Below, in pieces: positions 10,071-20,661 of a stretch of DNA of 64,000 nt. Location of the stretch: positions 6,356 through 70,355 of the forward strand of contig CANQNP010000001.1 in the NCBI GenBank assembly GCA_947625235.1, written 5' to 3'. Both the position numbers and the translations under genes were made by a program. The notes beneath the pieces were generated by a model. It was not told the DNA's origin. It made no database searches and saw only the letters and a list, made by a program, of their open reading frames with translations. Source of the DNA: an uncultured Atopobiaceae bacterium (GTDB lineage: Bacteria > Actinomycetota > Coriobacteriia > Coriobacteriales > Atopobiaceae). Position 1 is the stretch's first letter; each line of letters begins with the position of its first letter.

Positions 10071-10087
10071 ATCCTCACCTGCCTCCG

Positions 10088-10200
10088 CGAAAAAAGACGG
10101 CCACGCCTCGTTGCGCGCGGCCGTCTTCTGCTGAAGGCTCGTGGTGGGTTCGTTTGGTCTGCGTTTGGCCTTGCGGGCATCTCGTACCGCGCTTAAAGGT
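10088..10200 (-). promoter_or_regulatory. pyr operon leader: intrinsic terminator/attenuator plus candidate PyrR-binding stem-loop
   Basis: The minus-strand RNA reads AAGACGGCC-GCGC-GCAACGAG-GCGU-GGCCGUCUU-UUUUCGCGG (10088-10128), about 20 nt before the pyrR start. Upstream (10167-10200) it reads ACCUUUAAGCGCGGUACGAGAUGCCCGCAAGGCC. This shares the CUUUAA...GAGA...AAGG frame of the PyrR binding loop, but the UCCAGAGAGG core is degenerate. Confidence 0.5.
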
Positions 10201-10255
10201 CTTCGGATACTCTAGCACGCGCGCGGCGCGGCGCACGCCGGCTCCGCGATTCCCC

Positions 10256-11374
10256 CTACGCGGAGAGATTGAGCCTATCCTTCAACGCCCGCGCGTACTT
10301 CGCGAGGTAGCCCGCGGTGAAGCCAACCCCGTTGATGGCGAGGGAGTGGAATCCCGCCTCGGCGAGCGAGCGCGCGTAGGCGCGCGAATCGAAGTCGGGG
10401 GCCTCCTCGCCGCGGAGCTCGAAGGCGAGGCGGCGAAGCGCGGGGCTCACTCGATCGAGGCGCGCGATGAGTTCCGGGTCCATGCGGCGAGCGATCTTCG
10501 CGGCGCCCTCACGGACCGCCTCCTCCCCAGGGTACGCGGCGAGCGCCTTCTCCACGTAGCGAAAGCCCACCACGTAGAGCGCCTGGCGGATCTTCGGATC
10601 GTCCTCCCCGAGGCGATCGAGCACATCCATCATGTCCATCCAGCGCTCGAACTGGGTCTCCCAGGGAAGCGTCACCGAGGAGGACCCGGGGAGATCCTCG
10701 CGATAGTGGTAGTAGGGCTCATCGGTGTAGACGATGGACGCGGCCTGCGCGAGCGTCTCCACCATGAAGGGGTTGTCCACCCATCCCGCGCCCGGCGCCT
10801 CCTTGAAGCGAATGCCTCGCGCCTCGAGGAAATCGCTGCGGTAGAGGGCGCTCCAGATGGAGGGGTGGTAGCGGATGAGCCACGGCTCGTCCGCGAGCGT
10901 GAAGGGCTGGGCCTTCGGGGAGATGGCGCGGTAGTAGTCGTTGTGCCAGCGCCGCTCCGTGCCGTCCGCGTCCCGCACGAGCCGCCAGTAGGACGACTTC
11001 ACCACATCGGGGAAGTCGAAGCGCTCCGCGAGCTCGTAGAGCTCGTCGTACATGTGCGCGGCGGGATAGTCGTCGGGCTCGAGGATCGCCAGATAGCGCC
11101 CCCGGGCCGCGGCGAAGCCGAGGTTCACGGCCTGGCCATAGCCGCCGTTTTCCTTGTCGATGAGCCTCACGCGCGCATCGAGCGCCGCCTGGGCCGCGGC
11201 GATTTGCGCCGTGCCATCGCGAGACCCGTCGTTCACCACGAGGACCTCGAGCGCGATCCGGTTGTTCTTGCGCGCCGCCTCGAGGGCCTCCTCGAGGGAG
11301 GCCTCCACGTTGTAGGCGGGCACCACCACCGAGACGTCGACGGCGCGCTCAGGCGCGGCGTTTTCCCGTGCCAT
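10256..11374 (-). CDS. Glycosyltransferase family 2 (soluble, with a non-catalytic C-terminal domain of about 150 aa)
   Basis: C-terminal 372 aa of the fused ORF 10256..13195. The N-terminus VSVVVPAYNVE....VLVVNDGSRDGT and the EPDD motif are GT2-typical. ATG 11374 overlaps the stop of the upstream ABC ATPase. Confidence 0.85.
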   Translation of the reverse strand: MARENAAPERAVDVSVVVPAYNVEASLEEALEAARKNNRIALEVLVVNDGSRDGTAQIAAAQAALDARVRLIDKENGGYGQAVNLGFAAARGRYLAILEPDDYPAAHMYDELYELAERFDFPDVVKSSYWRLVRDADGTERRWHNDYYRAISPKAQPFTLADEPWLIRYHPSIWSALYRSDFLEARGIRFKEAPGAGWVDNPFMVETLAQAASIVYTDEPYYHYREDLPGSSSVTLPWETQFERWMDMMDVLDRLGEDDPKIRQALYVVGFRYVEKALAAYPGEEAVREGAAKIARRMDPELIARLDRVSPALRRLAFELRGEEAPDFDSRAYARSLAEAGFHSLAINGVGFTAGYLAKYARALKDRLNLSA

Positions 11375-12195
11375 CAGATCTCCCCCATGGATTCGTAGGC
11401 GTCGCAGACCTCGTCCGCGGGGCCGAGCATGAACTGGCGTCCCTTCTCGATCCAGCACGCGCGATCGCACATGCGCCTCACGAGGTCCACCGAGTGGCTC
11501 ACGAGAAGCACCGTGACCTCGCCCGATTCCACGAGCTGGCGGATCCTCTCCTCGCACTTCTTCTGGAAGAGGAAGTCGCCCACCGAAAGCGTCTCGTCCA
11601 CGATGAGGATGTCGGGCTCGGTGATGGTGGCGATGGCGAAGGCGATGCGCGCGACCATGCCGCTCGAATAGTTCTTGAGCGGCATGTCGAGGAAGTCCTC
11701 GAGCTCGGCGAAGGCGACGATGTCGTTGAAGCGCTCGTCGATGAACTCCTTCGCATAGCCGAGGAGCGCGCCGTTCAGGTAAATGTTCTCGCGCGCCGTG
11801 AGCTCCACGTCGAAGCCCGCGCCGAGCTCGATCAACGGCGCGATCGAGCCGTGCACGTCCACGGAGCCACGCGTGGGGTCGAGCACGCCGGCGATGATCT
11901 TCAGCATCGTCGACTTGCCGGAGCCGTTCGTGCCCACGAGCCCGAAGGCCTCGCCCTTGCGCACCTGGAAGGACACGTCCACGAGGGCGCGGAACTCCTT
12001 GAAGTAGAGCTTCCCGCGCGCAAGCGAGATGAAGTACTCCTTGAGCGAGTTCAGCCGTTCGGAGGCCATGTTGAAGACCATCGACACGTCGCGCACGTCG
12101 ATCGAGACGTCGCGCTTCGAGAAGTCCACCTTGGAGATCTCCTCGGCAAGGCTCTCGCCGGCGCCTCTCGCCTGCTTGTCCACGATGTCCGGCAC
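11374..12195 (-). CDS. ABC transporter ATP-binding protein, polysaccharide/teichoic-acid export type (TagH/RfbB-like)
   Basis: 273-aa ORF with Walker A GTNGSGKST, signature YSSGM and Walker B ILIVDE. Paired with an ABC-2 permease. Confidence 0.9.
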   Translation of the reverse strand: MPDIVDKQARGAGESLAEEISKVDFSKRDVSIDVRDVSMVFNMASERLNSLKEYFISLARGKLYFKEFRALVDVSFQVRKGEAFGLVGTNGSGKSTMLKIIAGVLDPTRGSVDVHGSIAPLIELGAGFDVELTARENIYLNGALLGYAKEFIDERFNDIVAFAELEDFLDMPLKNYSSGMVARIAFAIATITEPDILIVDETLSVGDFLFQKKCEERIRQLVESGEVTVLLVSHSVDLVRRMCDRACWIEKGRQFMLGPADEVCDAYESMGEI

Positions 12196-12219
12196 GCTTC
12201 TCGCCCTCGCCCCCTCGTC

Positions 12220-13038
12220 CTAGATGTAGAGGATGAACTTGCGCTCGCTCGCCTTGAAGATGAGCCAGCCCGCGAGGAAGGCCACCACGGAGCAGGCGAT
12301 GCAGACGAGGTTCTGCGTGAGCGAGGGGGTCTGTTGGTAGAGCAGGATCTCGCGCAGGTAGGTGATGTATTGGTACATCGGGTTGTAGACGATCAAGCGC
12401 TGCATGAACTCCGGCAGGATCGTGATGGAGTAGAAGATGGGCGTGAGGTAGGTCCACGCGATGAGCACGACGCTCCAGAGGTGCATCACGTCGCGGAAGA
12501 AGACCGAGAGCGCCGAGAGCGCCATCGAGAGGCCCGCGCAAAATCCCACGAGGTAGAGGAGGAAGAGCGGGACGAAGAAGACGTTCCAGGAAAGCGGGAT
12601 CTGGAACCAGATCATGACGATGGCCACCGCGATGAGCGAGAACGCGAAGTTCACGAGGGCGAAGAGCACCTTCTCGAGGGGAAAGACGATGCGGTTGATC
12701 TTCACCTTCTTGAGGAGCGACGCGTTGTCGATGATCGACGCCATCCCCGCCGAGGAGCTGTCCGAGAGCAGGGTGAAGGTCACGTTGCCGATGATGAGGT
12801 AGAGCGGGAAGTTCGGGATGTCGCCGCCCACGCGCATGAAATTCGAGAACACCGCGGCCATGACGATCATCATGAGGAGCGGGTTCAGCACGCTCCACGC
12901 CACGCCGAGCACGCTCCTTCGGTACTTGTTCTTGAAGTCGCGCCCCACGAGCTGGGAGAGGATGAAGCGATCGCGGGTGAAGCCCGTCGTCCATGGCGAG
13001 GACGCCCCCCGCTCGACAGTGGCTTCGGCCTCGGCCAT
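12220..13038 (-). CDS. ABC-2 type transporter permease, polysaccharide/teichoic-acid export type (TagG/RfbA-like)
   Basis: ORF 12220..13170 with six hydrophobic segments. FKNKYRRSVLGVAWSVLNPLL is the ABC-2 N-terminal motif. Start moved to ATG 13038 (MAEAEATVERG). Confidence 0.85.
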   Translation of the reverse strand: MAEAEATVERGASSPWTTGFTRDRFILSQLVGRDFKNKYRRSVLGVAWSVLNPLLMMIVMAAVFSNFMRVGGDIPNFPLYLIIGNVTFTLLSDSSSAGMASIIDNASLLKKVKINRIVFPLEKVLFALVNFAFSLIAVAIVMIWFQIPLSWNVFFVPLFLLYLVGFCAGLSMALSALSVFFRDVMHLWSVVLIAWTYLTPIFYSITILPEFMQRLIVYNPMYQYITYLREILLYQQTPSLTQNLVCIACSVVAFLAGWLIFKASERKFILYI

Positions 13039-13132
13039 GGTGCGCCTCCCCTCCTCTTCCCGCGCGTTCCTTGAAAACCTTAGCACAGGCAGGGAATTGC
13101 CCTTGGGAGTGCGGATATTGGGACGCGAGCGC

Positions 13133-13160
13133 TTGCACGAGGCGCGCACTCGCGTATAAT
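13133..13160 (+). promoter_or_regulatory. Sigma-70 type promoter for tRNA-Asn
   Basis: TTGCAC (13133-13138), 16-bp spacer, TATAAT (13155-13160), about 20 nt upstream of the tRNA 5' end. Confidence 0.6.
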
Positions 13161-13180
13161 CTCCTCGCACGACAAACTAT

Positions 13181-13255
13181 TCCTCGGTAGCTCAATGGTA
13201 GAGCCCTCGGCTGTTAACCGAGTTGTTGTAGGTTCGAGTCCTACCCGAGGAGCCA
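13181..13255 (+). tRNA. tRNA-Asn (anticodon GTT), CCA encoded
   Basis: Hand-folded cloverleaf: acceptor TCCTCGG/CCGAGGA, D arm GCTC-AATGGTA-GAGC, anticodon arm CTCGG-CTGTTAA-CCGAG, T arm GTAGG-TTCGAGT-CCTAC, discriminator G, CCA. Confidence 0.93.
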
Positions 13256-13262
13256 GAACACT

Positions 13263-13289
13263 AAAAGCGCCTCTTACGAGGCGCTTTTT
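13263..13289. terminator. Bidirectional intrinsic terminator shared by tRNA-Asn (+) and rpoD (-)
   Basis: AAAAGCGCCTC-TTAC-GAGGCGCTTTTT is a perfect stem flanked by an A-run and a T-run. It abuts the rpoD stop codon at 13290. Confidence 0.8.
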
Positions 13290-15341
<2,052 letters not shown>

Positions 15342-15363
15342 TCAATTTTACTCCGAGCGAATA

Positions 15364-17241
15364 TCATTCCCCGCGATCGTTCCACGATCTCACGGAAGCT
15401 TCCAATTCCGCGATTCGCGCGCGAAGGGACTGCGATTCACCCAACAGGGCCGCGATGCGCGCGTCATCGCCGGAGATCTCCGCGGCGTGGAGCGCCGACG
15501 ATACGCCGCGAAGCGCGTGGGCGAGCGATTGCAGCTCCACCTGGTCCACGAGGAAGGCCGCCTCGGCCTCGCCCCAGCGCCCATTCGCCCGATCGAGCTC
15601 CGAGGCGGCGAGGATCTGCGGCGCATAGGCGTCCACCGCCCGCGCGGCAGCCAAGCGCGCACGCGCGCTCGCGCCGCGCGCGTCGAGAAGCGCGTGGGCG
15701 ATGCGCCCGTGGCGCGCATCGGCCCAGTCCAAGGCCCCGATGCGTGCGAGGTCACGCGAAAACGCCTCCGGACGTGCGGCGAGCGCCGCGAGGAGCTCGC
15801 GTTCCGAGAGGATTCGCGACCTCTCCGCGGTGCCCACCCGCGAGAGGTCCGGCAGCGGCTCTCCGAGGTCCTCTGGCGAGGATTGGCGGTATTCGCTCCC
15901 CGTGGATCGCGCGATCCGATCGCGCGAACGAGGATCCATCGCCCGTGCGCGCGCCGCCTCGCGGATCCGCTCGCGCACCTGGCCCTCGTCCACGGAGAAG
16001 GCGTCCGCGACGAAGCCCACGTAGGCGGAGAGCGCGAGCGGCTCGTTCGCGAGCGGCGCGAGGATGCCGCACACGTCGTCGAGGATCTTCGCACGCTCCC
16101 CCACCGAGGCGCCCTGCGCCTCGCGAAGCCTGCGGTCGAGGACGAAGAGCACGAGGTCCTCCGCCTCCGAGAGACGCTCCATCATGGCCTGCGGACCCTC
16201 TGCCTCGAGGTACTCCGCCGGATCCTTGCCCTCGGGAAGCACGACGCAGCGAAGCTTCGCGCGGGTCTGCCCCACGAGCGCCACGATCTTCTCCGCGGCG
16301 CGCTGCCCGGCCTCGTCGCCATCGAGGAGCGAGACGATCTCCGCCGGGCGAAACCTCGCGAGCACCTTCAGGTGGTCGGCGGTGAGCGCCGTGCCGAGGA
16401 TGGCCACGGCATTGGTGATGCCCGCCTCGTGGAGGGCGATCGCATCGGTGTAGCCCTCGACGATGACCACGCGGCCGGTGGCGGTGATCGCACCCTTCGC
16501 GCGATCGAGCGCGTAGAGGTTCTTGCGCTTGTGCCAAAGGGACGAATCGCGACTGTTCAGGTACTTCGGCAGCGACGAATCGATCACCCGGCCGCCAAAG
16601 CCGATGGTCGATCCCGCCGCGTCGCGGATGGGAAACATCACGCGGTCGTAGAAGCGATCGCGAAGCCCATGCGGCCCCTCCACGCCGAGGTCGGCGGCCA
16701 CGATCTCTCGCGTGGTGAAGCCCTTGGCCCGGAGGTGGCTCGTGAGGTCGCCCCTCCCGAGCGAGAAGCCGAGGCCCCAGCGAAGCGCGACCTCTCGCCC
16801 GAGCGAACGCGCGGAGAGGTACTCGCGCGCTCGCTGGCACTTTCCCTGCGCGTCGCGCGTCTTCAGGAGGAGCCGCGCGAAGTGGCGCTGGGCCTCCTCG
16901 AGGCACGCGATGATCCTCCCCCGCCCGGGGCCGGAGCTTGCGCCCGCGCGCTCGTGGAGCTCGATGTGCGCGCGATCCGCGAGGTAGCGCACCGCATCCA
17001 TGAACTCGAGGTTCTCGCGACGCTTCACGTAGTCGATCACGTCGCCCTTGGCCCCGCAGCCAAAGCAGTAGAAGAGCCCGCGATCGGCCGACACGTGGAA
17101 GGATTCGGTGCGTTCCTCGTGGAAGGGGCAGCGCCCCCAGAAGTCGCCCGAGCCCTTCTCGTGGAGCATCACCGTCTCGCCCACGAGGCTCACGAAGTCC
17201 GTCGCCTGGACGACCCGCTCCTTCTCCTCGGGAGAGATCAT
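15364..17241 (-). CDS. dnaG: DNA primase
   Basis: ORF 15364..17514. Zinc finger CPFHEERTESFHVSADRGLFYCFGCGAKG and TOPRIM motif VIVEGYTDAIA. Start set at ATG 17241 (MISPEEKERVVQATDFVSLV), giving an ATGA overlap with the ribF stop. Confidence 0.9.
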   Translation of the reverse strand: MISPEEKERVVQATDFVSLVGETVMLHEKGSGDFWGRCPFHEERTESFHVSADRGLFYCFGCGAKGDVIDYVKRRENLEFMDAVRYLADRAHIELHERAGASSGPGRGRIIACLEEAQRHFARLLLKTRDAQGKCQRAREYLSARSLGREVALRWGLGFSLGRGDLTSHLRAKGFTTREIVAADLGVEGPHGLRDRFYDRVMFPIRDAAGSTIGFGGRVIDSSLPKYLNSRDSSLWHKRKNLYALDRAKGAITATGRVVIVEGYTDAIALHEAGITNAVAILGTALTADHLKVLARFRPAEIVSLLDGDEAGQRAAEKIVALVGQTRAKLRCVVLPEGKDPAEYLEAEGPQAMMERLSEAEDLVLFVLDRRLREAQGASVGERAKILDDVCGILAPLANEPLALSAYVGFVADAFSVDEGQVRERIREAARARAMDPRSRDRIARSTGSEYRQSSPEDLGEPLPDLSRVGTAERSRILSERELLAALAARPEAFSRDLARIGALDWADARHGRIAHALLDARGASARARLAAARAVDAYAPQILAASELDRANGRWGEAEAAFLVDQVELQSLAHALRGVSSALHAAEISGDDARIAALLGESQSLRARIAELEASVRSWNDRGE

Positions 17242-18290
17242 GCGACCACCTTCACGCCCGCGTCCCCCAAGAGACGCCCCACTTGCGCCAGATTCGCCCG
17301 CACGGTGGCAACGAGCTCGGCTTCGCTCTCGAACCTCCTCGAGCCGCGGAGCCGCTCCACGAGGATGACGGCGACGTCGTAGTCGTAGAGGTCGCCATTG
17401 AAGCCGAGGAGCGAGGCCTCGGCGAGCCACGTGCCCCCATCGAGCGATGGCGACGCGTAGCTCGGGGGATTCCCGAGGTTCACCGCCGCGGGCCATGCCC
17501 TGCCGCCCTCGCACGCGATCCCCACGAACACGCCGTCGCGCGGAAACGCGTAGGCATCGCTGAAATGCACGTTCGCCGTGGGGATGCCGAGCCCATGGCC
17601 CTCGCCGCGCCCGCGCTCCACGCGCCCCCGCACGAAGGGATAGCGTCCGATGAGCTCGTACGCCGCGCGAATGGCCCCCTCGTCGAGGAGCCTCCGGATG
17701 CGGGTCGCGCTCACCGGCTCCCCCTCCGCTTCCACGAGTTCGTGGCCGAAGAGCTGCACGCCGAGGGCGCCCGCGAGCACCTGCAGGGCCTCGAGCGTGC
17801 CCTGGCCTCCTCGCCCGAGCGAGAAGTCCTCGCCCACGTGCACCGCGACCACATCGGCGAGCGCGAGCAGGCGCTGCGTGAAGAACTCCTCGTAGCCCGT
17901 CTCGGCGAGGGCGGTGTCGAAGCGGTACGCCACGATCGCATCGGGCTCGAGCGAGGCGAGGCCGACCAGTCGGTCGCGTGAGGCCAATATCTGCGCCTCG
18001 TGGCGATCGGGCGCGAGGACGAAGGCGGGATCGGGATCGAAGGTGATGACCACGAGGGGCACGCCCCGTCGCCTCGCGTCCGCGCTGGCCTCGGCGATGA
18101 GCGCTTGGTGCCCGACGTGCACGCCATCGAAGGCGCCGATGGCGACCACCGCCGCCTCCCCCGGCTTCCAGCGTCCGCTGAGGTCGTAGAACCGCGCCCC
18201 CTCGATCATCTGGGGATTCGGCAGCGCAGCCCCGATGAAGAGCGCCTTCCTCGCAATGGAGCGCAGCATCGCCTCGCGCGCGCTCCCCAT
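17238..18290 (-). CDS. ribF: Bifunctional riboflavin kinase / FMN adenylyltransferase
   Basis: ORF 17238..18671. AIGAFDGVHVGHQALI (FAD synthetase) and PTANV...GVF/AVNLG (kinase) motifs. Start at ATG 18290, overlapping the truB stop. Confidence 0.9.
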   Translation of the reverse strand: MGSAREAMLRSIARKALFIGAALPNPQMIEGARFYDLSGRWKPGEAAVVAIGAFDGVHVGHQALIAEASADARRRGVPLVVITFDPDPAFVLAPDRHEAQILASRDRLVGLASLEPDAIVAYRFDTALAETGYEEFFTQRLLALADVVAVHVGEDFSLGRGGQGTLEALQVLAGALGVQLFGHELVEAEGEPVSATRIRRLLDEGAIRAAYELIGRYPFVRGRVERGRGEGHGLGIPTANVHFSDAYAFPRDGVFVGIACEGGRAWPAAVNLGNPPSYASPSLDGGTWLAEASLLGFNGDLYDYDVAVILVERLRGSRRFESEAELVATVRANLAQVGRLLGDAGVKVVA

Positions 18291-19213
18291 CACGCGCCTC
18301 CGAGGAGGACGCCGTCCGTGAGGTTGGCCTTGGGGCGAAGCTCGCCGGACCTCATCTCCCATACGCCGCGCAGGAGCCCATCCCACACAAGGCCCACGAG
18401 CGGTTCCTCCGCGGGATGCGCGTAGAGCGTTTGGCCGTTTCTCGCACGCACGACTTCGGAGCCCTCGACGTCCCGGCGCGAGAGGCCCGCGAGGGCGAGC
18501 GGATCGAGGGCTCGCTCGCAGACGGCCTCCCAGCCACGCTCCTCGAGCTCGTCGAGCGTGAGGCAATCCCTCAGCGTCACGGGGCCCGAGGCGCTCCTGC
18601 CGAGCGTCCCCACGTGCGCGTAGCACCCGACTTCGCGCCCAAGGTCCCGGGCGAGCGCGCGCACATAGCAACCCTTCGAGACTCGAAGCGCCACCGTGGC
18701 CACGAGCCGCTCGTCGCGCCTTCCCGAGGAGAGGAGGGTGGCTTCGAAGACCTCGACCGGACGCGGGTCGAGGTCGAGCGCCTCGCCCCTCCTCGCAGCC
18801 GCATAGGCGCGGCGTCCACCCTTCGAGACCGCCGACACCGAGGGCGGCACCTGCATCGAGGGGCCCTCGAGCGAGGCGATGGCCTTGGCGAGCCCCTCGC
18901 TCGAGAGGAGCTCGGCGGGCACCTCGGCTTCCTTCGTGGCCTCGCCCTCGGCGTCATCGGTCGATGTCTCCGCGCCGAAGACGAACTCGGCCACGTAGGA
19001 CTTATCGGCGAGCGTCACGAAGCCGAGGAGGCGGGTGGCCTGGGCGAGGCCGACGATGAGGACGCCCGTCGCCTGCGGGTCGAGGGTGCCCGCGTGCCCC
19101 ACGCGCCGAAGTCCGAGCGCGTGACGCACACGCGAGACGACGTCGTGCGAGGTCATGCCGGAGGGCTTGTCGATGGCGATGAGCGCGCCGGGATGCGGTC
19201 CTCGAGTGTCCAT
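18290..19213 (-). CDS. truB: tRNA pseudouridine(55) synthase
   Basis: 307-aa ORF with IDKPSGMTSHDVV and catalytic HAGTLDPQATG motifs. Confidence 0.93.
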   Translation of the reverse strand: MDTRGPHPGALIAIDKPSGMTSHDVVSRVRHALGLRRVGHAGTLDPQATGVLIVGLAQATRLLGFVTLADKSYVAEFVFGAETSTDDAEGEATKEAEVPAELLSSEGLAKAIASLEGPSMQVPPSVSAVSKGGRRAYAAARRGEALDLDPRPVEVFEATLLSSGRRDERLVATVALRVSKGCYVRALARDLGREVGCYAHVGTLGRSASGPVTLRDCLTLDELEERGWEAVCERALDPLALAGLSRRDVEGSEVVRARNGQTLYAHPAEEPLVGLVWDGLLRGVWEMRSGELRPKANLTDGVLLGGA

Positions 19214-19218
19214 ACGCG

Positions 19219-20238
19219 CTATTCCTCGAGAAGGAGTGCCTCAAGGCGGGGAAGGACGATCTGCTTCGCCTCTTCGAGCGACACCTTCCCGAGCGTGAAT
19301 CCGGCGGCGGCGGCATGGCCGCCTCCCCCGAGCCCCGTGGCCACGCCGGACACGTCGATCGCACCCTTCGAGCGAAGGTTCCCGCGGATGGCGCCCTCAG
19401 GCGTCTGGCGAAGGAGGAGCGCGATCTCCGCCCCCTCCACGCAGCGCACGATGTCCACGAGGCCCTCGGACTCGTCTTCCCCCGCGCCCGTGGCCTCGAA
19501 ATCCTCCCAGAGGACCCACGAATAGGCGAGCCGACCGCCCATCTTCGTGGTGATGCGCCCCATCACCACCGATTCGAGGCGGAGGTAGGAAAGCCGCATG
19601 GACTGGTAGACGTTGAGCGCCACCACCGACGGATCCGCGCCGGCCGCCACGAGCTTGCTCGCGGCCCAGAAGGCCTCGGCGTTCGCGTTTTGGTATTGGA
19701 AGCGGCCCGTGTCCGTCATGATCGCGCAGAAGAGCAGCATCGCCACGTCGCGCGTCACGCGCACGTCGAGGTAGAGGGCGTATTCGAGCACCACGACGCC
19801 GCACGCGGCCGCGTCGGGGCGCATGATCGCGCCATTTCCGAAGGGATGCTCGGTCGGGTGGTGGTCGATCACGAAGACCTCGCGCGAGCGCTCCATGAGC
19901 GCCCGCGCCTCGGCGAGGCGCGCCGCCACGGAGAGATCCACGGCGAGGAAGAGGTCGGGGGCCTCATCAGCCCCGGCGGGAACCTCGAGCTCTTCCACCA
20001 TGGGAAGGAAGCGCAGGTGCCTCGGGACCTCCTTCGCCTCGGCGAGGAGGCAGCGCACCTGCTTCTCCGGCCATCTTTCGCGAATGATCGCCGCGAGCGA
20101 GAGCTCGGAGCCGAGCGCGTCGCCGTCGGGCGACATGTGCGCGCAGATGGCGATGGTCCGCGCTCGCTCGATCGCCTCGCTGAGCAGCAGGAATCCCTGT
20201 TCTTGCAGGCGGCGCCGCCCTTCGGAGAGGCGATTCAC
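19219..20238 (-). CDS. nrnA: DHH/DHHA1 phosphoesterase (NrnA-type oligoribonuclease / pAp phosphatase)
   Basis: ORF 19219..20493. Motifs HMSPDGDALGS, VIDHHP and GGGHAAAAGF (DHHA1). Start set at GTG 20238, giving a GTGA overlap with the rbfA stop. Confidence 0.8.
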   Translation of the reverse strand: MNRLSEGRRRLQEQGFLLLSEAIERARTIAICAHMSPDGDALGSELSLAAIIRERWPEKQVRCLLAEAKEVPRHLRFLPMVEELEVPAGADEAPDLFLAVDLSVAARLAEARALMERSREVFVIDHHPTEHPFGNGAIMRPDAAACGVVVLEYALYLDVRVTRDVAMLLFCAIMTDTGRFQYQNANAEAFWAASKLVAAGADPSVVALNVYQSMRLSYLRLESVVMGRITTKMGGRLAYSWVLWEDFEATGAGEDESEGLVDIVRCVEGAEIALLLRQTPEGAIRGNLRSKGAIDVSGVATGLGGGGHAAAAGFTLGKVSLEEAKQIVLPRLEALLLEE

Positions 20239-20651
20239 GCGCTGGCCCCCTCGCTCGCGTCGCCCGGCGGATCCTCGAGCGGGTAGCCGTCCTCGTCCTT
20301 CGCCTCCGCCATCGTCGGCGGCACGTGCTTCAGCGCCTCCGTGATGCGCTCGGCCTCCTCGGTGGAGGGATCGATGCGAAGGTCGAGCTCGGGGGTTACG
20401 CGCCACCCGAGCGCCCTGCCGAGGAGGCGCCGGATGTGGCCCTTGGCCCTCCCGAACGCCTCGGCGACCGCCTCCTCCTCGCCCGCGGGGCACGCCACGT
20501 AGGCGCGGACGAAGGATCTATCGATCGAGACGTCGCAGCCGGTCACGACCACCCCCTGGAGGGCGGGATCGGACACCTTCGTCTGGAGGATCGCCGCGAG
20601 CTTCTCGCGAGCGATCTCCTGGGACCTGCGCGTGTGGGGCGAGCGCTTCAC
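20235..20651 (-). CDS. rbfA: Ribosome-binding factor A
   Basis: C-terminal part of ORF 20235..21155 (RSQEIAREKLAAILQTKVSDPALQGVVVTGCDVSIDRSFVRAYV). GTG 20651 has AGGAG 7 nt upstream. Immediately downstream of infB. Confidence 0.85.
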   Translation of the reverse strand: MKRSPHTRRSQEIAREKLAAILQTKVSDPALQGVVVTGCDVSIDRSFVRAYVACPAGEEEAVAEAFGRAKGHIRRLLGRALGWRVTPELDLRIDPSTEEAERITEALKHVPPTMAEAKDEDGYPLEDPPGDASEGASA

Positions 20652-20661
20652 CGTCGTGCTC

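Noticed and set aside
10256-13195. Fused giant ORFs in the track: 10256..13195 (979 aa), 30781..32820, 49311..50933, 57047..61018, 54700..56547, 17238..18671 and 15364..17514.
   Set aside because: Their N-terminal parts are out-of-frame read-through across the upstream gene and give Arg/Pro-rich junk. The recognisable protein begins at an internal ATG or GTG that has an SD and/or a 4-nt overlap with the upstream stop. Coordinates were trimmed accordingly.
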